Positions 1 to 11,207 are shown, counted from the stretch's first letter. The stretch: DNA of 58,196 bases from Limisphaerales bacterium (GCA_044225505.1 JBGAIN010000034.1:1-58196), one strand, 5' to 3'. The notes: generated from the sequence alone by a model not told the origin. Numbers and translations: made by a program.

Positions 1-170
1 TCCTCCTCGTCGAGTGCTCGAAACGACTCCGCAGCCAAAGCCGCGAAATCCTCATCCGTCAAGCCATCCGACATCGGAACGACCTCCACAATCGCCCGGC
101 GCAACTCTCGGCGCTCCGGTTCGGAGAGTCGTTCCACCTCCCCGAGAATGCGGGCAACTGCCTGTGTCAT
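1..170 (-). CDS. Small acidic hypothetical protein, 3' end outside the window; resembles antitoxin-like partners of toxin-antitoxin pairs
   Basis: Manual translation from ATG at 170 (not in the ORF track): MTQAVARILGEVERLSEPERRELRRAIVEVVPMSDGLTDEDFAALAAESFRALDEE..., open to the window edge. Antitoxin role is inference. Confidence 0.55.
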   Translation of the reverse strand, partial: MTQAVARILGEVERLSEPERRELRRAIVEVVPMSDGLTDEDFAALAAESFRALDEE

Positions 171-383
171 AAACGAAGGATACGAAAGGCGCCGAATGCG
201 CGCACGGCCGTCATCTTCGGCTAACGAACCGTATACAAACGATACCAGCCCGATTGGTTCCGAGAAAGCGGTTGAGGGCAACCGCACTCCAAAACCTTGC
301 GGAGCTTACTCGCCGGATGGTTGCGAACCAACGTCCGGCGCTTTAGGTCGCGAATGTGGGTCAGGGCGCGCTTCGAGCCGACG

Positions 384-2519
384 TTACGGCAAATAGAACT
401 TCTCGGCGTATTCGCGCACCATTCTCCAGGTATTATACTTGGGAACCAGCGTCACCATGGCGCGTCGGATCATGCTGATCCAACGGCGCGGCACCCCTTG
501 CGCATCCCGCGCATAAAACGTCGGCATCACTTCTTCAGTGAGGACGCGATAAAGATTTTCGCTGTCGCGCCGATCCTGCTCCGCGATGTCTTCGGGATGG
601 GAATCATCCCCGATGGCAAAGCCGTTCGTCCCGTCGTACCCTTCGCGCCACCAGCCGTCCATAATGCTCATGTTCAAGCAGCCATGGCAGCTGGCTTTCA
701 TGCCGCTCGTTCCGGACGCTTCCAAGGGACGGCGCGGATTGTTGAGCCAAATATCGCACCCAGAAGCCATTTGGCGGGCGACATGGACGTCGTAATTCTC
801 GATAAAAACCAAATGCCCCTTGAGCTCCGTGTACTTGCTGAGATGAATGATATGCTGGATGAAACGTTTGCCATCGTCATCCCGAGGATGCGCTTTGCCG
901 GCAAAGACGAATTGCACAGGGCGAGCCTTATCCGCGACCAGTTTCACGATATTCTCGAACTGTTGGAAAATGAGCGGTGCTCGCTTGTAGGTGGCAAAGC
1001 GTCGGGCGAATCCGATCGTCAAAACGTCCGGATTGAGCAGTTGATCAAAGGCGATGAAGTCCCCGTGCATGAGGCGTTGGTTTTGCCCCTGCAAGAGCAA
1101 TCGGCGTCGTGCGAACTCGATCAGTTCACGCCGCAGTCGGTAACGGAGAGCCCAGAGTTCTTCGTCCGTGACGAATTCAGGATCGGCAATGCGTGCCCAA
1201 AACTCGGGTTCATTTACCCCCTGCTCCCAATCATTCCCCAGCTTATCTTTCCAAAAGCGGCGCACTGGACCTTTCATCCAGCCGAGCAAATGAATGCCGT
1301 TGGTGACATGGCCAATCGGAACCTGCTCGCGAGTTTTTTGCGGGAAGAGCGGCTGCCACATCGCGCGACTGACCTGGCCGTGCAATTCGCTCACCCCATT
1401 GGCAGCCCGGGAAAGTTTCAACGCCAGAACCGTCATGCAGAAGGGCTCGCTCTCGTTCTGCGGTTGGACGCGGCCCAGCGCCATGAGATCGTTGAAGGAC
1501 ATCTTCAACTGCGACTGCATCTTGACCAGTGCGAACTGGGTTAGATCGCGACTGAACCGGTCATGGCCCGCTTCCACAGGCGTGTGGGTTGTGAATAAGC
1601 ACTGATCCCGCGTCGCGGACATTGCCTTGGCCAATGGCTTGCCCTCAGCCATTTTCTCGCGCACGAGCTCGAGGGTCAGAAACGCGGCGTGTCCCTCGTT
1701 CATATGAAAAACGGAGGGCTGCAATCCCAAGGCGCGCAGCAGGCGAACGCCCCCGATCCCAAGCAGGATTTCCTGCATGATCCGCGTGGTGCTATCTCCA
1801 CCATAAACTCGCAGCGTCAGGTCGCGGAAACGCTGTTCGTTCTCGGGCCGGTTTGTGTCCAACAAATAGACTTGCGCACGCCCAACGTTGACCCGCCAGG
1901 CCTGGAAATAGACTTCGGACATCGCGATCTCGACCATCCCAACCAATGGCTCGCCGCGCGGATTGAGAACGGGTTCGACCGGAAGATTCTTCGGATTGAG
2001 CAGGGTATAATATTCCACCTGCCAGTTGTCCTGGTTGATCATCTGTTGGAAATAGCCTTCCCGGTAGAAGAGGCTGATTCCCACAAAGCCGATATCCAGA
2101 TCACTGGCAGATTTGGCATGGTCTCCAGCCAAGATCCCCAAACCACCCGCGGCAATAGGCAGGGTTTCGTGGAACCCGAACTCGGCGCTAAAGTAGGCAA
2201 CCGGGTTCTGCTGCAAGGAAGCAGCGTTCTTTCGTCCCCATGTATTTTGGTCACGCAGATAGGTGTCGAAGTTCTTCAGCACCTGCTGCACCCGGCGCGC
2301 AAAGCGCTGATCTTGCAATCGCACGCGGAGCTCGTAGTCCGAAACTTCGTGAAGCACAGCCACGCCGTTATGATAGAGGTTCTGCCAGCCACGCGGGGAG
2401 AGTTCCTGGAAGATCTCCTGGGCCTCTTGGTTCCACGTCCACCAGAGGTTGCGGGACAACCGGTTTAAGCCAACAGTCAATTCCGTGAGTTCTTTGGCGC
2501 TGAGAATTCGATCACTCAT
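384..2519 (-). CDS. glgP: Alpha-glucan (glycogen/maltodextrin) phosphorylase
   Basis: 711 aa. Motifs NLWWTW, AYFSAEFG, GGLGILAGDHAKSASDL, HMNEGH, FARRFATYKR, GKAHP and the PLP-lysine motif EASGTSGMKA. Confidence 0.96.
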   Translation of the reverse strand: MSDRILSAKELTELTVGLNRLSRNLWWTWNQEAQEIFQELSPRGWQNLYHNGVAVLHEVSDYELRVRLQDQRFARRVQQVLKNFDTYLRDQNTWGRKNAASLQQNPVAYFSAEFGFHETLPIAAGGLGILAGDHAKSASDLDIGFVGISLFYREGYFQQMINQDNWQVEYYTLLNPKNLPVEPVLNPRGEPLVGMVEIAMSEVYFQAWRVNVGRAQVYLLDTNRPENEQRFRDLTLRVYGGDSTTRIMQEILLGIGGVRLLRALGLQPSVFHMNEGHAAFLTLELVREKMAEGKPLAKAMSATRDQCLFTTHTPVEAGHDRFSRDLTQFALVKMQSQLKMSFNDLMALGRVQPQNESEPFCMTVLALKLSRAANGVSELHGQVSRAMWQPLFPQKTREQVPIGHVTNGIHLLGWMKGPVRRFWKDKLGNDWEQGVNEPEFWARIADPEFVTDEELWALRYRLRRELIEFARRRLLLQGQNQRLMHGDFIAFDQLLNPDVLTIGFARRFATYKRAPLIFQQFENIVKLVADKARPVQFVFAGKAHPRDDDGKRFIQHIIHLSKYTELKGHLVFIENYDVHVARQMASGCDIWLNNPRRPLEASGTSGMKASCHGCLNMSIMDGWWREGYDGTNGFAIGDDSHPEDIAEQDRRDSENLYRVLTEEVMPTFYARDAQGVPRRWISMIRRAMVTLVPKYNTWRMVREYAEKFYLP

Positions 2520-2976
2520 CGTACATTTGAGCTTATTACAATTGCCACCAGTGTCCGGTGCGCCTTTGGCGGAGCGAACAACCCGCCACCCGCCAGGAGC
2601 CTAGCCGCCGCACGATAGCAAAGATTGGACCGTGTTAAAGCAGAAAAACGGCAACTTCCACTGAACAGCACGTGGTGGCATCTCCCAGTTGAGGGTCCGC
2701 CGCGCGTCGTGGCCGGGAAAAGCCAGTGCTACGAATGGATTTTGCGCCCCCCTGAGCAAGAGTATGCAGAGTGCGCTTTCTGGGACAGGCACGGCGTTAG
2801 TTTCAGGAAGCACTTACCAGCAAATCTCAGTTTCTGGGCCGCGAGTGTGTGCAGAGGAAGAGTCACAGTCTGCGACTACGCTTCGAGACAAACGCATTCT
2901 CTACGAAGATAAATCGAAGTTTAGCTACCTTGACTGAGGATTAACTCCAATGCGACGTTAGCCCCCGTAAGTTGTT

Positions 2977-5900
2977 TTGGGTTTGAGGCTGGTTTACGAC
3001 CTATTCCAACGGATCGCGAGCACGCCCGTTGCGCAGTCGTTGGCGCAACGGATCGGGCATGGTGGTGCTTTGTGTCTGGCGGGAATGGACCGGGCGGCCT
3101 GCCCGGCTGTTGCGGCGTTGCTTCGGCATCTCTTTCCACAACGGACCATAGTGATCGTTGTCGCGGGGGTGAAAGCCCAGGAACGGGCAGACCAGGATAT
3201 TCGGACATGGCTCCGCCTCCGGTTCGAGTCGGAGCTCGGTCCAGAAAAGCGGGTCGCGGACTCCGCGGCAGCTGGGGTCTGTTTTTATCCGGCTTGGGAA
3301 GTTCTCCCGCACGAATCGAAGCTGCCGCATTCCGACGTCATCAGCGAGCGCCTGGAGACATTGGTGGCGCTGTCCGAACGAGCGAACGCCCTGCAGCGTG
3401 CGAAACCGTTGATTGTCACCACGCCGGTCGCCCTCATGCAACGGACGTTTCCCAGGGGCGCGATTGATCAAAACACTCGCACCTTGCAGCGAGGCGATCG
3501 CCTCGATCCTTTGGACCTGATCGAGTGGCTGGAAGATCAAGGGTATGAACCGGAGGCCAAGGTGGGACAGAAAGGGGAGATCTCGCTTCGGGGTGGCATC
3601 GTGGACGTGTTTCCGTTAACGAGTCCATGGCCAGTGCGCTTGGAGTTTTTTGGGGATGAGCTCGAATCATTGCGTGAGTTTGATCCGGTCACGCAGATCT
3701 CAAGAGAATCCATCGAATCGATCACTCTCCCTCCCGGAGGCGAACTGGCCTTGCTGAAGCAAAGAGTGGAAAAGCCGGGATCGCTGGGCGGATCGGCCCT
3801 CGCCTCGTTGCTGGACCATTTACCCTCAGACACCCTCTTTCTGCTGGACGACCCCGCCATGTTGAGGGAACAAGCCGCCGCCTACCAAAATCAGATCCCG
3901 GGCGATGACCCGTTCCTACTGCCCTGGGCAACGTTCCAAACGGAAATGGCCGCGCGTCATTTCACCGTGATCAACATCGGGGTGCCAGAAGCCCAAGATG
4001 AAGGTGAAAGCGAGATTCCCCTCCTCGCCGAGAGAGACACTCTGGAACTCCCTTTTACCAGCCTGGAAACGTTTCGTCCCTTGTCCGATCGCCCGCAGGA
4101 ACCGCAGATCGCCGAGGCACAGCGGCGCGAATTTTTCGGCCAGCTTCACCGCTGGCTCCGCAGTGGCTACTCCGTCCATGTGTTCTGTAACAATGAGGGC
4201 GAGCGGGATCGATTTCAGGAAATCTGGGCCGAATACGGACTCGCCGGGTGGCAGGATGATGCCGACGAGGCCGCGCCGACCGCCCCACCCACCTTGTTAC
4301 CCGAACTCTCCGTTGGCGCACTGGCGCGCGGCTTCCTCTTTGAACCCGCCAAGACTGTGGTCGTCACAGACGCGGAGGTCTTCGGCCGTTACAAAGTCCA
4401 GAGAGCGCGACGGCTAAAGTCTCCCCACGCGGTGGCCGCGCGGTCGGCCTTGGACATCGATTTTACCGATTTGGAAGAAGGCGACTTCGTGGTCCATCTG
4501 CAGCACGGGATTGGCCGCTACGTCGGGCTGCAACTGTTGCCGCCCGGGGCCGGGAAAAAGCGAGGAACGGCCACACCTGCGAATGGCCCAGTCCCGGACG
4601 CTGAGGAAGGAGGACAGGAATGTCTGGTCATTGAGTATGCGCCAAACTCTCCCGAGCAGCCTGCTCCGAGGCTTTTCGTCCCGGTTACCGAAGCTCATTT
4701 GGTCAGCAAATATGTGGGAGCTGGCAAAGCGCGCCCGGCGCTGAACACCTTAGGTGGAACACGTTGGGCCAAAGCGAAAGCCCAAGCCGAACGAGCGGTT
4801 CGGGACTTAGCCAGCGAACTCCTCTCCATTCAAGCGGCTCGCGAATCGCAGTCCGGGCACGCGTATGCGCAGGACACCGCTTGGCAACGGGAGTTTGAAG
4901 CAGCCTTCCTTTACGAAGAAACACCCGACCAAATGAAGGCGATCGTCGAGACCAAGAAAGACATGGAATCGACCCGTCCGATGGATCGGCTGATTTGCGG
5001 AGACGTAGGTTACGGCAAGACCGAAGTTGCGATTCGCGCGGCGTTCAAAGCGGTGATGGAAGGCAAACAAGTTGCCCTCCTCGTTCCCACAACGATTCTG
5101 GCTCAACAACATTTCAATACGTTCCGCGAGCGGGTGGCGGACTACCCCATCCGGGTGGAGCAGCTTTCGCGGTTCTGCACGCGCCGGGAACAAAGGCGAG
5201 TTTTGCAGCAGTTGGCGGATGGATCGGTAGATATCGTGATTGGCACCCACCGATTAATCCAGGACGACGTGACTTTCAAAGAGCTCGGGCTGGTCGTGAT
5301 TGATGAAGAACAACGGTTCGGTGTGCTGCACAAAGAAAAATTCAAGCTACTGCGCAAGTTGGTGGATGTGCTGACGCTGAGTGCTACTCCGATTCCTCGC
5401 ACCTTGTATCTGGCTCTGACTGGCGCTCGCGACATGAGCACGATTGAGACCCCTCCGCAAGACCGGTTGCCTGTGGAGACCGTGATTTCGCAATACGACG
5501 AGCGGCTGATTCGGGATGCCATCCAGCGTGAACTCAACCGGCAAGGGCAAGTTTTCTACCTCCATAACCGAATCACCGATATTCACAGCGTGGCGCTCCG
5601 AATTTCCAGCCTTGTTCCCAATGCCCGCATCGTGGTGGGACACGGCCAAATGGAGAGCGACGAGTTGGAAGAGGTCATGGCCAAATTCATCAATGGCGAA
5701 GCGGACGTTTTGATCTCCACCACGATCATCGAAAGCGGAATCGATATCCCCAACGCCAATACGATTATTATCGAGCGGGCCGATCGATTTGGCTTGTCTG
5801 ATCTCTACCAACTGCGCGGGCGGGTGGGCCGCTACAAACACCAGGCCTACGCTTATCTTTTGTTACCTCGCCATGCGGCATTGTTGCAAGACGTTCGCAA

Positions 5901-6660
5901 ACGCATTTCCGCGATCAAACAATACTCCAGTTTAGGGAGCGGATTCAAAATCGCGATGCGCGATCTGGAGATTCGTGGAGCGGGCAACCTACTCGGAGCG
6001 GAACAAAGCGGCCACATCACGGCGGTGGGCTTTGATCTTTACTGCCAGTTGCTCAAACAAAGCGTCAGCGCGTTGAAAGGGGAAAAGGTCAAACCTCGAA
6101 TTGAAGTCGAAGTGCGCCTTGATTTTCTACGATTGCACCCTGGCGACGAACGCGGAGAAGATTCCGCCCAAGAGGCTGCGCCAGAGCGGCGGAACCCAAC
6201 CGAGGAAAGCGTCAACATCTCGGTGCCGCGGGAAGTCAGTGTCTATACATCCGCAGAGACCGATTGGGAGTATTCGGTAAGCAGTCCTGAGGAGTCGCCG
6301 CCTCCCACACGAGCGTCCGCATATATTCCATTCAGCTACATCCGCGAATCGCATCAACGCATTGAGATCTACCGCAAGCTCGCGCAAGCGACCGATAAGC
6401 CTTCGTTGGAACGGTTGCGGGCCGAACTTCGGGATCGCTTTGGCAAGATTCCCGCAACCCTGGAATTGCTCCTTGATCTGGCTGAATTAAAACAACTTGC
6501 AGCTGAGCGTGGCCTTACCAGCATTGAAACCAAAGGCGATCGATTAATGATTAAACGCAATAATGATTATATTACAGCCGCCGGCAAATTCCCCAGGCTC
6601 AACAAGAAAGAAGCCAAGCCGAAGCTGCGCGAGATTCGGAAGCTCCTGTTGACGTTATAG
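2977..6660 (+). CDS. mfd: Transcription-repair coupling factor
   Basis: UvrB-like N-terminus (RGGIVDVFP), CarD/RID (VVHLQHGIGRY), GDVGYGKTEVA, DEEQRFGV, SATPIPRTL, QLRGRVGR, RDLEIRGAGNLLG, TRCF C-terminus. Exact start uncertain. Confidence 0.97.
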   Translation: MGLRLVYDLFQRIASTPVAQSLAQRIGHGGALCLAGMDRAACPAVAALLRHLFPQRTIVIVVAGVKAQERADQDIRTWLRLRFESELGPEKRVADSAAAGVCFYPAWEVLPHESKLPHSDVISERLETLVALSERANALQRAKPLIVTTPVALMQRTFPRGAIDQNTRTLQRGDRLDPLDLIEWLEDQGYEPEAKVGQKGEISLRGGIVDVFPLTSPWPVRLEFFGDELESLREFDPVTQISRESIESITLPPGGELALLKQRVEKPGSLGGSALASLLDHLPSDTLFLLDDPAMLREQAAAYQNQIPGDDPFLLPWATFQTEMAARHFTVINIGVPEAQDEGESEIPLLAERDTLELPFTSLETFRPLSDRPQEPQIAEAQRREFFGQLHRWLRSGYSVHVFCNNEGERDRFQEIWAEYGLAGWQDDADEAAPTAPPTLLPELSVGALARGFLFEPAKTVVVTDAEVFGRYKVQRARRLKSPHAVAARSALDIDFTDLEEGDFVVHLQHGIGRYVGLQLLPPGAGKKRGTATPANGPVPDAEEGGQECLVIEYAPNSPEQPAPRLFVPVTEAHLVSKYVGAGKARPALNTLGGTRWAKAKAQAERAVRDLASELLSIQAARESQSGHAYAQDTAWQREFEAAFLYEETPDQMKAIVETKKDMESTRPMDRLICGDVGYGKTEVAIRAAFKAVMEGKQVALLVPTTILAQQHFNTFRERVADYPIRVEQLSRFCTRREQRRVLQQLADGSVDIVIGTHRLIQDDVTFKELGLVVIDEEQRFGVLHKEKFKLLRKLVDVLTLSATPIPRTLYLALTGARDMSTIETPPQDRLPVETVISQYDERLIRDAIQRELNRQGQVFYLHNRITDIHSVALRISSLVPNARIVVGHGQMESDELEEVMAKFINGEADVLISTTIIESGIDIPNANTIIIERADRFGLSDLYQLRGRVGRYKHQAYAYLLLPRHAALLQDVRKRISAIKQYSSLGSGFKIAMRDLEIRGAGNLLGAEQSGHITAVGFDLYCQLLKQSVSALKGEKVKPRIEVEVRLDFLRLHPGDERGEDSAQEAAPERRNPTEESVNISVPREVSVYTSAETDWEYSVSSPEESPPPTRASAYIPFSYIRESHQRIEIYRKLAQATDKPSLERLRAELRDRFGKIPATLELLLDLAELKQLAAERGLTSIETKGDRLMIKRNNDYITAAGKFPRLNKKEAKPKLREIRKLLLTL

Positions 6661-6733
6661 GATCCCGAAAAACGTCACCTTCTCAGGCTTGACCCAAATC
6701 AAGGAAACCGGTTTGCTGGCGGCTCTGGAGCCA

Positions 6734-7957
6734 ATGAGTCCTGATAAACATACGCTGGACGAACTCCGCATTGACCGCTCGCACGCTCGCAAAGCGAGCG
6801 TTCCGGGCTGGCTCATCGTGGTTATCATTCTCCTCCTGCTTCTGCTCGGAGCGGGCGGTTGGTGGTTAAGCCGGCCGAAAATGCCCATGGTGCGCACGGC
6901 AACGGCGCAGAAGGCTTCTGCGGGAGGACCTCGTACGCTATTGAACGCGTCGGGCTATGTGACGCCACGTCGCCGAGCCACGGTCTCGTCCAAGGTCACG
7001 GGCAAAGTGATCGAGGTCTTGGTGGAGGAAGGAATGAGAGTAGATGCCGGCCAGATCCTGGCACGCGTCGATCCTTCCAACGTCGAAAAGAGCCTTCATC
7101 TCTCACAAGCTCAACTCGATTCTGCTCGTAAGGGCTTAAAAGAAACGGAAGCGAATCTAGAGAAGGCCGAGCGGGAATTGCGCCGCTCCACCGAATTGGC
7201 CGCCAGCAAAGTCGCCAGTCAATCCGTTTTGGATCAGGCGGAAGCCGATGCGAAATCGCTCCGTGCGCGGCTTGAAAAACAGCGAGCCGACGTGGTGGTG
7301 GCGGAAAGGGACCTGGCCCAGTGGCAGCAGCAACTCGATGACACGATCATTCGCTCGCCGTTTCCGGGAATTGTCACTTCAAAAAACGCACAACCCGGCG
7401 AAATGATCTCGCCCATTTCAGCCGGAGGCGGATTCACTCGGACGGGCATTTGCACGCTGGTAGACATGGCTTCGTTGGAAGTGGAGGTTGACGTTAACGA
7501 GAGCTACATCAATCGCGTTGAACCTGGGCAAAAAGTGGAAGCGACGCTTGACGCTTATTCCGATTGGCACATCCCTGCCAAAGTGATTGCGATCATTCCC
7601 GCGGCCGATCGTCAAAAGGCGACCGTCAAAGTGCGAGTTGGTTTTGAGCAATTGGATCCGCGAATCCTGCCGGATATGGCAGTGAAAGTCGCCTTCCAAG
7701 CGAGTGAGAGCGCTGCGTCACCTTCGACCAGAGTTCAAAGTGTGGTGGTTCCTAAAGCGGCGATTCAACAAACGGACGGGCATGATGTGGTCTGGGTCGT
7801 TCGCGGCGGCCTGGTGGAACGTCGGGCGATCACCGTGAGTGCGGCCGACAACGATCAGGCAACGGTTGTGGCCGGGTTGAGTGGTGGGGAAAAGGTCGTG
7901 CTGGACGCTCCTGCCAACTTGCAGGATGGCGCACATGTGAAGGAGGCAAAGCCATGA
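6734..7957 (+). CDS. Periplasmic adaptor (membrane fusion protein) of a MacAB-type exporter
   Basis: N-terminal TM, LNASGYV, lipoyl-like VEEGMRV..GQILA, coiled-coil hairpin, IRSPFPG. ATG at 6734 follows GGAG. Confidence 0.9.
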   Translation: MSPDKHTLDELRIDRSHARKASVPGWLIVVIILLLLLLGAGGWWLSRPKMPMVRTATAQKASAGGPRTLLNASGYVTPRRRATVSSKVTGKVIEVLVEEGMRVDAGQILARVDPSNVEKSLHLSQAQLDSARKGLKETEANLEKAERELRRSTELAASKVASQSVLDQAEADAKSLRARLEKQRADVVVAERDLAQWQQQLDDTIIRSPFPGIVTSKNAQPGEMISPISAGGGFTRTGICTLVDMASLEVEVDVNESYINRVEPGQKVEATLDAYSDWHIPAKVIAIIPAADRQKATVKVRVGFEQLDPRILPDMAVKVAFQASESAASPSTRVQSVVVPKAAIQQTDGHDVVWVVRGGLVERRAITVSAADNDQATVVAGLSGGEKVVLDAPANLQDGAHVKEAKP

Positions 7958-8652
7958 GTAGCGATCAGGGAGTTCTCGTGCGGGTCAAAGACGTGGATAA
8001 AGTTTTCCGTCGCGGCTCGGAGGAGATCCACGTGCTGTCGGGTCTAAGCCTGGAAGTTCCCAAGGGCGAATTCCTTGCGCTGATGGGGCCTTCTGGTTCA
8101 GGCAAATCCACGTTGCTGAACTTAATTGGGGGCTTGGACCGAGCCTCGAGCGGCACCGTCGAGATCGGTGGCGACCGCGTTGATCAGATGTCGAGCCGCG
8201 AACTCGCGGCGTGGCGTGCCCGGCATATTGGATTGGTATTCCAGTTTTATAACTTGCTGCCGGTGCTCACAGCGGAACGAAACGTCGAACTGCCCTTGCT
8301 CCTAACTCACCTTTCCAAGGCGGAACGCCGTCGGCACGTCGAAGCCGCGCTCAAAATCGTCAATCTCTCCCATCGGACGCGACATTATCCGCGCACGCTT
8401 TCCGGCGGCGAGCAGCAACGGGTTGGCATCGCCCGGGCCATCGTGACAGACCCGACCATCCTGCTATGCGATGAACCGACCGGAGATCTGGATCGAAAAT
8501 CCGGCGACGAGATTCTCACGCTCCTGCAAGCGTTGAATCGGGAACATGGGAAAACGATTGTGATGGTGACTCATGATCCCCACGCTTCCGCCCGGGCGAC
8601 CCGGACAGTGTATTTGGACAAAGGCCAGCTTTCCACCACAAAGCCGGAATGA
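7954..8652 (+). CDS. ABC transporter ATP-binding protein (LolD/MacB-like)
   Basis: Walker A GPSGSGKS, LSGGEQQRV, LLCDEPTGDLD, VTHD. Overlaps neighbours by 4 nt. Confidence 0.95.
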   Translation: MSSDQGVLVRVKDVDKVFRRGSEEIHVLSGLSLEVPKGEFLALMGPSGSGKSTLLNLIGGLDRASSGTVEIGGDRVDQMSSRELAAWRARHIGLVFQFYNLLPVLTAERNVELPLLLTHLSKAERRRHVEAALKIVNLSHRTRHYPRTLSGGEQQRVGIARAIVTDPTILLCDEPTGDLDRKSGDEILTLLQALNREHGKTIVMVTHDPHASARATRTVYLDKGQLSTTKPE

Positions 8653-9812
8653 AATACTTCTATCTGGTTTGGAGCAACTTAAAGCGGAAACGGCTCCGCA
8701 CGTCCCTCACTCTGCTCTCGATCCTGGTGGCTTTCGTCTTGTTCGGAATCTTGAGCGCGCTGAAACTCGCCTTGGCTGGAGGCGTGAACCTAGCCGACGC
8801 CAATCGCCTGATCGTCCGTCACCGCGTCTCGTTCATTCAACCGCTTCCTCAATCGTACCAAGCGCGGATCGCTCGAATTCCCGGCGTTTCCCTGGTTTCG
8901 CACCAGACCTGGTTCGGCGGCATTTATCAGGACCCGAAAAACCAATTTGGAAGTTTTCCGGTCGACCCGGAAACCTATTTGGCAATGAACCCTGAAATCA
9001 GCGTGCCGCCCGAGCAGAAGGCCGCCTGGCTCAAGACCCGGACCGGAGCAGTTGTGGGGCGGACATTGGCTAACCGGTTCCATTGGAAAGTAGGGGACCG
9101 GGTGCCGCTAGAATCGCCGATCTGGCAGTCCAAAACGGGCGGCGCCTGGGAATTTGATATCGTCGGCATCTATGATGGCACGAAGAAAGCCACGGATACC
9201 TCGGCGTTTCTGTTTCGCTACGACTATTTCGACGAGGCACGCGCCTTTGGCACTGGCCAAATCGGCTGGTTTCAAGTGCGGGTCAATCAACCGGACCGCG
9301 TCGCAGCCATCGCTTCGGCGATTGATGCAGAATTCGCCAACTCACCCGCGGAAACAAAGGCCGAGTCAGAAGGCGCGATGTTCCAAGGCTTCGCCCAACA
9401 GATTGGCGACATTGGAAAGATCGTGACCGCCATCCTGGGCGCGGTCTTTTTTACCATCTTGCTCGTCGCAGGAAATACCATGGCGCAATCTGTGCGCGAG
9501 CGCACCCAAGAGATTGGCGTGTTGAAGGCCCTAGGATTTTCCGATTTGCTCGTGCTTGGCGTGATCTTGGGCGAATCCCTCTGCATCGCTCTTCTGGGTG
9601 GGCTCTTGGGCCTGGGTTGTGGCTGGTTGCTGGTGACCGCCATGGGTGAAGCGAGTTTCATTCGGGCTTTCTTCCCGATCTTTTTTATGCCACCGCGCGA
9701 TCTGTGGCTCGGGGGTGGCCTGGCTTTAGCGGTGGGGATCGCCGCGGGATTGCTACCAGCACTGCAAGCCATGCGCCTGCAACTCGCTGTGGCGTTGCGC
9801 CGGGAAGGATAA
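8649..9812 (+). CDS. ABC transporter permease (MacB/FtsX family)
   Basis: N-terminal TM, periplasmic domain, SVRERTQEIGVLKALGF, C-terminal TMs. Confidence 0.92.
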   Translation: MKYFYLVWSNLKRKRLRTSLTLLSILVAFVLFGILSALKLALAGGVNLADANRLIVRHRVSFIQPLPQSYQARIARIPGVSLVSHQTWFGGIYQDPKNQFGSFPVDPETYLAMNPEISVPPEQKAAWLKTRTGAVVGRTLANRFHWKVGDRVPLESPIWQSKTGGAWEFDIVGIYDGTKKATDTSAFLFRYDYFDEARAFGTGQIGWFQVRVNQPDRVAAIASAIDAEFANSPAETKAESEGAMFQGFAQQIGDIGKIVTAILGAVFFTILLVAGNTMAQSVRERTQEIGVLKALGFSDLLVLGVILGESLCIALLGGLLGLGCGWLLVTAMGEASFIRAFFPIFFMPPRDLWLGGGLALAVGIAAGLLPALQAMRLQLAVALRREG

Positions 9813-9830
9813 GGCAAGGCGGGACCTTCA

Positions 9831-11007
9831 ATGCCTATGATGAATTGGCTTTCTCAAATCGTGTCGGTGACTTGGTTTGGTCTGTGCACCATTCCGCGCC
9901 GGAAGGGATCGGCTTTGGCGGCCATCTTCGGCATTGCTGGCGTCGTCGCCGTGTTTGTCGGCGTCCTGTCCATTGCCCAGGGCTTCCGTCGCGCCGTGAC
10001 TTCCACGGGCCGGGATGACGTCGCAGTGGTCTTGCGGGACGGCGCCAACAATGAAATGTCGAGTGGGCTAAGCCGGGATGATGTTCGGTTGATCAAGGAT
10101 TCCGCCGGGGTAGCTCGACAGAATGGGTCCCCGATCGCATCGGGCGAACTGTTCGTTATCATCGACGTGCCTAAACGCTCGTCGGGCACCGACGCAAATG
10201 TTCCGTTTCGCGGTGTCCAAGCGGAAGCCCCGAATGTTCGCGGCAATTTGAAGATCTTGAATGGACGCATGTTTCAGGCCGGCCGCAACGAACTCATCGC
10301 TGGGCAATCTGCCGCCCGTGAGTTCGCCGGGTTGGAACCAGGCCACACCTTGAAGCTGGGCAAAACGGAATGGAACGTCGTTGGAGTGTTCTCAGCAGGC
10401 GGGGGAATGGCGGAATCGGAGTTGTGGGCCGATGCGACCGTGCTGCAAGCAGCTTATCAGCGTGGGGATACTTATCAATCGGTCTATGCCAAGCTGGTCT
10501 CACCGGCAGCGTTTCAGCAGTTTAAGGACGCCTTAACCTCCAACCCTCAGTTAAAGGTGAAGGCGATTCGGGAAGCGGAGTTCTATGCTGATCAATCGAC
10601 AATCACGACGAACTTCATCACGACTCTCGGGACTTTGATTGCCTTGATGATGGCTCTGGGCGCGCTTTTGGGCGCCCTCAATACCATGTATAACGCCGTC
10701 GCCTCACGCGGTCGGGAAATCGCCACGTTGCGGGCGTTGGGCTTTGGAGCGACGCCTGTCGTCCTTTCAGTTCTGCTAGAGTCGTNNNNNNGTCGGTGGG
10801 CTGGGCGCTTACTTGGCGTTTGACGGTTATGGCGCGGCCACGATGAATTTCCAAACCTTCAGCCAGATTGCTTTCGCCTTTGCGGTCACTCCAAAGCTAC
10901 TGCTGACCGCCATGTTCTGGGCGGCGGGGATCGGCCTGCTCGGTGGGCTCTTTCCCGCCGTTCGTGCCGCGCGGCTGCCGATTGCGACGGCGTTGCGTGA
11001 GACTTAA
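9831..11007 (+). CDS. ABC transporter permease (MacB/FtsX family), spanning an assembly gap
   Basis: ORF 9831-10823 (REIATLRALGFG) continues after the N-run in the frame of ORF 10813-11007 (GGLFPAVRAARLPIATALRE). Confidence 0.88.
10786..10791. other. Assembly gap (6 N)
   Basis: nnnnnn in the sequence. Confidence 0.99.
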
Positions 11008-11207
11008 AGCAACCGCCCTCTTGGGATCTTCCAGATCTTTGAGCAGAGTTCTTTCGCAAGGCCAAACCGTGACGGCAAAGCGCGGCGGGACAAGAATCGC
11101 CTTGCGAAACGAAGGACCTCAGGCACTATTATACGACAAAGAGACCTAACCCGTTCGGCAGAGCAATCCGAGGCCATCGTGCCAGACCCAAAAAACCAGA
11201 CGTCGAT

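Noticed and set aside
297..1544. 415-aa plus-strand ORF, and similar long antisense ORFs at 12235-13245, 47778-48977 and 54418-55812
   Set aside because: Antisense shadows of well-supported genes in GC-rich DNA, with no motifs of their own.
2520..2976. Long glgP-mfd intergenic region as a possible riboswitch or sRNA
   Set aside because: No recognisable motif or strong structure seen by eye; an Rfam search would be needed.
10780..10830. Apparent frameshift splitting the second permease
   Set aside because: It coincides with the 6-N gap, so it is an assembly artefact rather than a pseudogene or recoding site.
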